From contig JAQGDQ010000910.1 in assembly GCA_030141605.1 (NCBI GenBank), forward strand, positions 17,238 through 81,237: 64,000 bases of DNA, read 5' to 3'. How positions within the stretch are numbered: position 1 is the first letter of the stretch; each line of letters begins with the position of its first letter. Both the position numbers and the translations under genes were made by a program. Below, piece by piece: positions 49,649-64,000 of this stretch. The notes under the pieces were generated by a model. That model had not been told where the DNA came from. It did no database searches and saw only the letters and a list, made by a program, of their open reading frames with translations. This DNA comes from Tubiluchus corallicola. Taxonomy: Eukaryota > Animalia > Priapulida.

Positions 49649-50715
49649 AAAAGTTGCATTTTCACGAGAACAAAACCCGCAAAATCGCCGAAGAGGTAAG
49701 GATTGCTCTTACAAATGAGAGTTACCATGGTGACCGGCAGAGGAAAGCCGTTGTCATAGCAACCAGATTTCGCTCAGGTTCATCGCTTATGGGCGATATT
49801 ATTAACGCCTCACCTGATGTGTTTTACATTTACGAACCTCTCATGCAGTGTTTTAGTGAAAAAAATATAAATAGCGTCTCAAGACGTTGCGGTAAACTCA
49901 ACCTGAAAACTGAAGAAATAAACTCGTTTAAAACGACTGCAGTAGAAGACATTCTCACGTGTCAAGAACTACCTCCTCTGGAAAAGCAACGCTTTGAAAA
50001 AAGGGAAAACATTCTTGGTATGATAATGCAGTACGCCTGTAAAGACGTGGATCAAATGTCGTGTCGAAAAATGGAAAAATTTAAGGACGCTTTCATCACG
50101 TACTATCCCAAAAGCCCGCTGAGGCAGAAACTGTTCAGCGACACCTGTCGGCTGTATCCGTACACACTGATAAAGACAATTCGTACGCCACTCTCTGCTT
50201 TGGAACCATTGCTAAGCGGTAATAAGTTAGATTTAAAGATAGTGCATTTAGTGAGAGATCCGCGCGCCATGTTGCATTCCTGGTTCTACGAATGCTACCC
50301 AGAAACAATGTGTAAAGAACAATTGAGAAATTTGAGTGCTGTATCTGAAATGCTTTGTTCCTCTCTCTTCAACGATGTTGTCATGGCGGGTGAATTCGTG
50401 AAGAGATACAGTAGCAAGTACATCAGAATAAAATACGAAGATCTCGTCGAATATCCGGAGAAAAACGTCGACGCCATATTCGCTTTTTTAGGAATTTCTG
50501 TGCATAAAAGGGTGAAAAAATTTGTGAATAGGAATCTACTGGGACGGACGAATGAGAGCGAAAGTTTGGTGGAGACGCGACAGAACACGTTCAGAGCTAA
50601 TTCTAGAGCGACAGCAGCGCGATGGGTGGCAGAAATGAGAAGTGACGAACGTAAAATTATTGAAGAAAAATGTGGGAATTTATTGCACAAACTCGAATAT
50701 GAATTCATAACTTGA
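49649..50715 (+). CDS. Carbohydrate sulfotransferase (CHST1/3/4/5/6-like) catalytic exon; N-terminal exon(s) not identified
   Basis: Strong acceptor TTTTTGTTTCAG at 49648; 5'-PSB ATRFRSGSSLMG, FYIYEPL, 3'-PB KIVHLVRDPRA, IKYEDL and C-terminal W...IEEKC...LEY. Confidence 0.88.
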
Positions 50716-50932
50716 CAGTGCAAGAAAAATAATTTCTCTCTTTTAAATCTTTGTTTTAAAGGGCCGCGACATTTTTTAGGCAATTTCACGGCTGTGGCAA
50801 AAAAGACAGACCAAATTCAAGTAAATTTTAGCTTTACTTTCGGTTTTACTTGTAACATGTAGACAGATTTCAACATGTAAACATTACTTGAAATGGGAGA
50901 GAATTATTCACTTTTACCAGAATTGCAGTGCT

Positions 50933-51303
50933 CTAAAGAAGACCGAAGAGAAGAAAGTGGTGGAGATGAGGATGTTGAGATGGATGGTGGGAATAACAAG
51001 AAGAGATAAAATTAGAAATAATAATATCAGAGGAACAGTAAAAGTAGTGGAAGCCTCGCAAGATTGCGATGGTATGGACACCTGAAAAGAAGAGTCAGTG
51101 AAGATCATGTGGGAAGGGAGGTCATGGAAATGGAAGTGCTGTGAAATAGAAGAAGAGGACGACCCAAGTGGAGATGGATTGAATGTATTAATGGAGACCT
51201 TACAGAGAAGAACATAAATGAAGAGATGGCCAACAACAGGAATGCGTGGAGAAGACTTATTCACAATGGCGACCCCGCATAGGGAAAAGCCGGGAAGAAG
51301 AAG
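50933..51303 (+). mobile_element. 5'-truncated copy of the same RTE family as 30050-30541 (no ribozyme head)
   Basis: 17-bp TSD ACCAGAATTGCAGTGCT at 50916-50932 and 51304-51320; (AAG)n tail; EMRMLRWMVGITRRDKIRN. Confidence 0.9.
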
Positions 51304-51539
51304 ACCAGAATTGCAGTGCTTTAACATCCTTCCGGCAGCCAAAAACAGCGGGCAAATAAGCCTAACTAGTGGGACAATTTTGACCATTAGTTGAGCAAAT
51401 GCCCCACCAGCAATTCTTGGTTGTAGAGAGGTTAAGTTATCCTGAGCATGTATGCTTTAACTACCGTAGGATATGATTGGTTACGAGGCCAGTTGATAGT
51501 TACGCAAAAGTTTTGCATAGAATTTTTACCGCTTCTGAT

Positions 51540-51749
51540 ATGATGGTTGTGAGTTCGATACCACGGCCGGTATACCAAAGACTTTAGAAGTGGTACCTGC
51601 TGTTGCCCTGCACGGCGCCTGGTGTTTAGGGTAAAACTGGGGTAATAATAGTCTCTGTTATGTAGATGTAGATTGTTATTTACAGTCGGTCCAAAAGCTC
51701 TTTGGAGCTAATGTTAATTGTTCATCCAAAAAGCCAACTTTATGTAAAG
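51540..51749 (+). mobile_element. tRNA-derived Meta/MESC-like SINE, second copy
   Basis: B box GAGTTCGATACC, GGTATACCAAAGAC, body colinear with 7833-8095. Confidence 0.7.
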
Positions 51750-52314
51750 ATTGTTGTTGTTGTTGTTGTTGTTGTTGCTGCTGCTGGTGGTATTGCTGTT
51801 GTTGTCGTCGTTATTGTTGTTGTTGTTGTGTTGTTGTTGTTGTTCCTGCTGGTGTTGTTGTTGTTGTTGTTGTTGCTGCTGCTGCTGCTGCTGTTGTTGC
51901 GTCATCGTTATTGTTGTTGTTGGTATTGCTGTTGTTGTCGTCGTTATTGTTGTTGTTGTTGTTGTTGTTGTTGTTCCTGCTGGTGTTGTTGTTGTTGTTG
52001 CTGCTGCTGTTGTTGTTGCGTCATCGTTATTGTTGTTGTTGTTGTTGTCGTCATCGTTATTGTTGTTGTTGTTGCTCCTGCTGTTGTTGCTGTTGTTGTT
52101 GTTGTCGTCGTTATTATTGTTGTTGTTGTTGTTGCTGCTGGTGCTGCTGCTGGTGTTTCTGTTGTTGTTGTTGTCGTCGTTATTGTTGTTGTTGTTGCTC
52201 CTGCTGGTGTTGTTGTTGCTGCTGCTGCTGCTGTTGTTGTTGTTGTTGTTGTTGTTGTTGTATTCGTTATTGTTGTTTTTGTTGTTGTTGCCGCTGCTGC
52301 TGGTGTTGTTGTGG

Positions 52315-52361
<47 letters not shown>
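51750..52361. repeat. (GTT)n/(GCT)n compound microsatellite
   Basis: Direct reading. Confidence 0.95.
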
Positions 52362-52811
52362 ATAAAATACGTGAGGCTTGGACTACCCTACCATCTAATG
52401 TGAGACTTGCAAGATCTTTGAATTAGTGCAAGTCACGCCTAGACGAGCGTCATAGTGATTATCTCGTCATAGTGATTATCTCGTCATAGTGATTATCTCG
52501 TCATAGTGATTAAATTTGATCCAAAAGCTTCTACTTCATTTTCACCTGGTTATGTATCAGTGTATTTTGTTGAGAAATAATCTAGTTAATATTGTTTTTG
52601 TACGATTTTTGTGCCTCTGAAGATTTTTGTGCTTACTGTTTGACAGTGTTTATTGTACTGTGTACTTGTATAGTTCTTTGAATTACTCGAAGTAAATATA
52701 CTACTACTGCTGCTCTATCCGGGTTCTCTTCTACGCAATTTCTGTCTACATCAGCACAATTTTGCCTACGCAAGCACAATTTCGGCAACGCAATACTTGT
52801 TGGTTATTTAA

Positions 52812-53324
52812 CCCTTTCAGTCCCAAATTATTTTTTAATAAGAAAAATTTTTTTGGCTTAGTACTTTTGTTCAGTATGTCCATCTTGTTTACACATAATT
52901 ATTTTTTTCCTACCAGTGCCCGTGTGCTAAATATAGCCTGTATCCCACGGGATACATTGGGATTCAATGCAAGCATAAAATGTGCTTCATTTTGTAACTG
53001 CTGATATTTTTTAAAGTATTTAAGACATTTAGTATGCATGCTATGCTGATCTGTACAAAGTCGTCTCTAAAGTACTGTACCTTGCACAGTTTTTATGCTA
53101 TGCTGATCTGTACAAAGTCGTCTCTAAAGTACTGTACCTTGCGCAGTTTTTTATGCTATGTAGATTTTCTAGTTTGCCATTTTATCACCATTTTTAGTCT
53201 ATTGTTATTGGCTTAAATCAAAATAACTATTAACAGATTAAATGACTGTCAGTTTTAAAATTTTACTAACTTTAAAAGCAGAAAATATCCTCGTATCCCA
53301 CGGGATACAACGGGTATGAAAGGG
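52812..53324. mobile_element. piggyBac-like MITE
   Basis: TTAA flanks; CCCTTTCA/TGAAAGGG termini; internal palindrome GTATCCCACGGGATAC occurs twice. Confidence 0.75.
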
Positions 53325-53625
53325 TTAAATAATTTGTAACATAACAGTTTATTTCGTATATGATAACCAAGGGATTTAATTCGTCAACATAATTATGCTC
53401 ATATTAACAATTATTTTACTACTTCGATCATCTCGATTGTATTTTCCTGGTCGATTCGTATATTAATTATGCTGTGATTGTGGAACATCAATGAACTTTT
53501 TGCAACATAATTATCTTAATGAACAACTTTCCTAGTTGGTTTTTGCCATGCTTTGGTCTTTTAGTACTTACCAACTTACTACCTACGTTTACCTTGCAAT
53601 TATAAACTCTGATAGAAAGAACGAC

Positions 53626-58659
<5,034 letters not shown>

Positions 58660-60282
58660 GATGGTTCTACAATAAAGTAAGCAATAATAATTAAGATGCA
58701 GCACAATCATAACGAATCAAATCGATTACCGATACAATAATGATAGTGACTAACGATATACTTAGTAACACATGTATTACATGATCTTCATTCGAAAACA
58801 GACCTTTTGATTAGAAATTTCTTACTAAATGTTGCTACGGTGATTTTATAGAAACTTCTTACCATTACTGTTTCGAAAGAGTAAAATGCAGTGTAATAAT
58901 AATAACAACAACAACAGCAACAACAACAACATAAACAAACAACAACAACAACACAACAACAACAATAACAACAACAATAAAATAATAATCGAGTTTTTAC
59001 AAAATTACAGTCTTGCAATGCTACAGATTATTTAATTTTTTTCTGCTTTTTTGGTGAAATGAAATATTATATAATAATTTTCTAAAATTTATTTAGCTTT
59101 TAATTTACTAACCTTGGTATTTAAATTTTAATCTTGTAATGTTTTATTTCATTGTGTTTTGTTTCATTTTAGTATTGTATTTGTATTTTACATGACAAAT
59201 CTTACAAAAATTTGAATTGAAATTGAACTGAATGAATTGAATTGAGTTTAGTTTAGTATGAACTTAGGGCAGGAATTAGACATTGGGGGCCCCAGGAAGT
59301 TTGAGCTCGGGGGTCCTATCAAAGTAAAATTTAAATTACATGACAATTAGAAAATGATCTATAATGAATAAAAAACCTCATTTCTTCGAAAAAATGTTTA
59401 CGTTAGCAAGAGACGAAATCTTCCGATCTTATTTTCCTCAAATTTATTAACTGAATTTTAACTTTGACTACAAATTTTCAGTTTGTAATATAAGCCATAG
59501 TGTTTATCTAGCCATGATAAGACTGTCTTTCCATTTTGTGGTACTCCCACGCAATTATTTTTAATAATGAAACCAATTTTATAATCATTATAAAGAAAAG
59601 TTTTTAGCTCGGGGGCCCATTCAGACTGTGAACGAACCAGCAACGTTTTATATTAAATTACATGATGTAAATTCTACTTTGGAATTCTCTACCATTACAG
59701 GTTAAACAAGTCCCTATCAGTATTTAAAATAAAATTAAAATCACGAATATTAGCCAGATATGAAATACCATCACACCAGCACGACAACATACACACTAAT
59801 TCAGAATTCATATATCCACGGCCATATTAATTAAATCATAATTTTTTCATTTTTTGTGCATAGTTGTAAATATGTTTGATTTTATTCGTCGTTACTTTCC
59901 ATTACTGCGCAGTAGTTTAGATTGCACTGACGCATTTGCCTTTAGCAGTGTAAGTTTTTATTAACTAACACTGATTGATCATCTCTGTAAGGTTTTTATC
60001 AGTGATTATCAACGCATTTTAATGGCAAATAAAGATTATTATATAGCTCATGCTGAAATCAGTCGTTGTAAGTGTTTTGTAAATGAAGTCACATCGAAGC
60101 AATAAACGATCTTTTTATAAAGAAAGTTCTCAGCTCTGGGGCCCGAGGCAACTGCCCTCGATTCCCCCCTGTAAATCCGACTGTGAATGAACCAACAAAG
60201 ATCGCTATTAAATTATACGACATAAATTCCTAAATTTTCATCGAATTTCAAAATTTTGGCATTTTTCTCTTACGAGCACACC

Positions 60283-60291
60283 AACACCAAC

Positions 60292-60384
<93 letters not shown>

Positions 60385-60468
60385 TAAACAAACAACAACA
60401 GCAACAACACCAACACAACAACAGTAACAACAGAAACATCAACATAAACAAACAACAACAACACAGCG

Positions 60469-60500
<32 letters not shown>

Positions 60501-60507
60501 AACAACA
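60283..60507. repeat. (AAC)n microsatellite
   Basis: Direct reading. Confidence 0.95.
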
Positions 60508-61018
60508 AGGCTCAGTATGAAACATACGTAAAAATAAACATACCGTGAAAACACATGCTTCGAATCAATACACTTACCACTAAGCATCCACCTAAGCATT
60601 TCCAACCAAGTTCATTAACGTTTGAAGAAGTATTTCGAAAGTAGAAGTAAATAGAAAGTATTGAAATTCAACCGAGAGTTGCACAATAGACATTCTAATT
60701 AAAGCTGTGCATTTCACTTTTATACACTAGCACTGGTCAATCAAGCGTTGCTTTGTTCTTTAATCATAATCTAGGCAGTGAACGATGTAATTCAATATTC
60801 TTCTTTCTTACTGTTACATTAGTCATAATTATATTCTAATTAAACCCCTTGTCTGTACATGCTTGTGTGAGGCAAATGATATGATTTCGGCTACATTATA
60901 TGCAAGTCAATGTGCATTTTAAGACCAAAGATTGCATCATTTTATTCTTATCTGTGTACAAGTCGACCTTATGTACAAGTTTATGCGCATTTTGAGACCA
61001 AAACAATCGTCGGTCGAT

Positions 61019-61675
<657 letters not shown>

Positions 61676-62544
61676 TATCGTTACATTTTTTAACGTTAAG
61701 AAAAACGACGCTTTCATTTAAACGACGTTTAAATCTAACCTAAATCTAATCATTGCATTGTAATAAAAATGTAATGAAAATTTACTGCAGTATTTGCGGC
61801 TTAAAAAACCATGGATAATGAAACCAGCCGCATTTCAGAACCATCAATTGTTAAGAAAACTTGGTTAAAAAAACCAGTGCATCGTATAACAAGGCCACAA
61901 ATGTTCACCCAGATGCCCGCAGGCATGAGAATAGCTCCCCCATGTTAATCTACATACACTGTACATACAATTCTACACTAAACTATACGTATTTGTTATT
62001 GTGTCTACATGTGGTCGTTGGCATTTGCTTCTGGTTTAGTATCACGCTCATGTCTGCAACCTTCCAAGCCCTTGGCCATTACAGCTTGAATCTGAAATTC
62101 ACCAGGCACACTTGTAGGACAAAAATCTAGAACTTACTCAAAGTTATGAATTTACGATGCAGTACGAATACATTGGGGGGGCCCAGTGTCCTGCTTTGTC
62201 CATCCAGCACAGACAATGGTGTTAAGACGACCTTGAATATAGTATGAATTACGGTGAATTCTTCGAGAAGTGCTATGTTAAAAACTACTATGTCGCTTGT
62301 AATCATGAATTCCACTCGTACAAGCCTCGGGGGGGGGGGGGGGTAGGGTGAATAGGATAGTTATCGTGCAAAATATTTCCAAGTTTAACACCGCTGTTCT
62401 TAATAACCGTGATATATTTGCTTATGAGCTGTACTAGCTTAGTGAAGGGCAAATCCACTAACCTAGCTTTTCATATGAAGAAATTCTGCAGATTTTCTAT
62501 TATATTAATTTTTTATTATAATTATATATTATTCAAATATATTA

Positions 62545-63112
62545 TTATTATGTAATGTAATGATATGTAATATACTATAATATAATATGATATGATATGA
62601 TATGATATGATATGATGTGATGTGATGTGATGTGATGTGATGTGATGTGATGTGATGTGATGTGATGTGATGTGATGTGATGTAATGTAATGTAATGTAA
62701 TGTAATGTAATATAATATAATATAATATAATGTAATGTAATGTGATGTGATGTGATGTGATGTGATGTGATGTGATGTGATGTGACATGACATGACATGA
62801 CATGACATGACATAACATAATATAACACAACACAACACAACGCAGCATAACATAACACAACACAACACAGCATAACATAACATAACATAACATAACATAA
62901 CATAACATAACATAACATAACATAACATAACATAACATAACATAACATAACATAACATAACATAATAAAATATAATGTTTGTAATGTAATATAATATAAT
63001 ATAACATAACATAACATAACATAACATAACATAACATAACATAACATAACATAATATAATATAAATACAGGTATATAATATATTATATTATATTACACTG
63101 CACTGTATATAA

Positions 63113-63148
<36 letters not shown>

Positions 63149-63470
63149 TTATATACAGTACAGTGTAATATAATATATTATAATATACTATATATATATA
63201 TTTATATAATATATATATATAATATATTATATAATATTATATAATATACAGGATATATTATATATATATACTGTATTGTACTGTACTGCACTACACTACA
63301 CTACACTACACTACACTACACTACACTACACTACACTACACTATACTACACTACACTACACTACACTACACTACACTACACTACACTACACTACACTACA
63401 CTACACTACACTACACTACACTACACTACACTACACTATACATTATATTATATTGTATTATATTATATTA
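62545..63470. repeat. Compound pentanucleotide and AT microsatellites (TGATG, TAATG, TAACA, ACACT)
   Basis: Direct reading. Confidence 0.95.
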
Positions 63471-63779
63471 ATTTTCTATTATAACTAACTAATGCAAATA
63501 TTCTTGTACATTATTACGAACAAATATGAATCAATTGCACTGTTAAAATATGTAATATATGCTGCGCTATGAGGATACCACACTCCACGTAGCAGAGACA
63601 CAGAAGGTATAAGATATGAGGATGTAGGAGGATTGGATAGATGGCGCGTGTGAGGCGGAATTAATAGTAGAAGCAAGTGTAGATGTACTTGAATTGAATG
63701 ATACTCCCCTGTTTAATTGAAAATTAATAGTGATATGAGAACATTAGACCATGTTGTGCTGTATGATTGTGAATTGTTA

Positions 63780-64000
63780 GAATTTGAAAGGAATAAAACT
63801 TTCTAAACATTTATGAAATTAATAAGTTCCAAACTGACATTTTCATGTGCAAATTCTCTCATAAATTATTGCCTCCCTTATTCACTGATTATTTTTGTTT
63901 GAATGCTGAGATACATAATTACGGCACACGTTATAGACTTAACTATCACTACATACAGTGCAACACAAATGTTAGAAAATTTTCTATTAAATAATATCGT
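63780..64000 (+). mobile_element. L2/Crack-like LINE 3' remnant
   Basis: Translates to FLNIYEINKFQTDIFMCKFSHKLLPPLFTDYFCLNAEIHNYGTRY. Confidence 0.6.

Overview
AT-rich, repeat-dense genomic DNA from a metazoan, probably a bilaterian invertebrate; it has spliceosomal introns, LINEs, SINEs, MITEs and microsatellites, and the species cannot be determined. Genes from left to right: first coding exon of an unidentified minus-strand gene (2472-2537); a 7-exon GUCD1 (+, 9129-18233, one GC-AG intron); a run of genes with uninterrupted CDSs, namely dyskerin DKC1 (-), glycogen synthase (+), GM2 activator (+) and a short-tailed cadherin-domain protein (-); a carbohydrate sulfotransferase catalytic exon (+); and a 5-exon secreted CAP/SCP gene (-) with anomalous splice acceptors. 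The most striking element is a ~490-bp internally deleted RTE derivative in the glycogen synthase 3' region. Its 5' end is a well-formed twister ribozyme that starts exactly at the predicted self-cleavage site, with the upstream U supplied by the target-site duplication. Also present: a complete 5S-rRNA-headed SINE, inverted Penelope-like ends with hammerhead-like cores, two satellites grown from DNA-transposon termini, and a minisatellite made of a multiplied splice acceptor. All calls were made by eye, so repeat edges are approximate and no database search was run.
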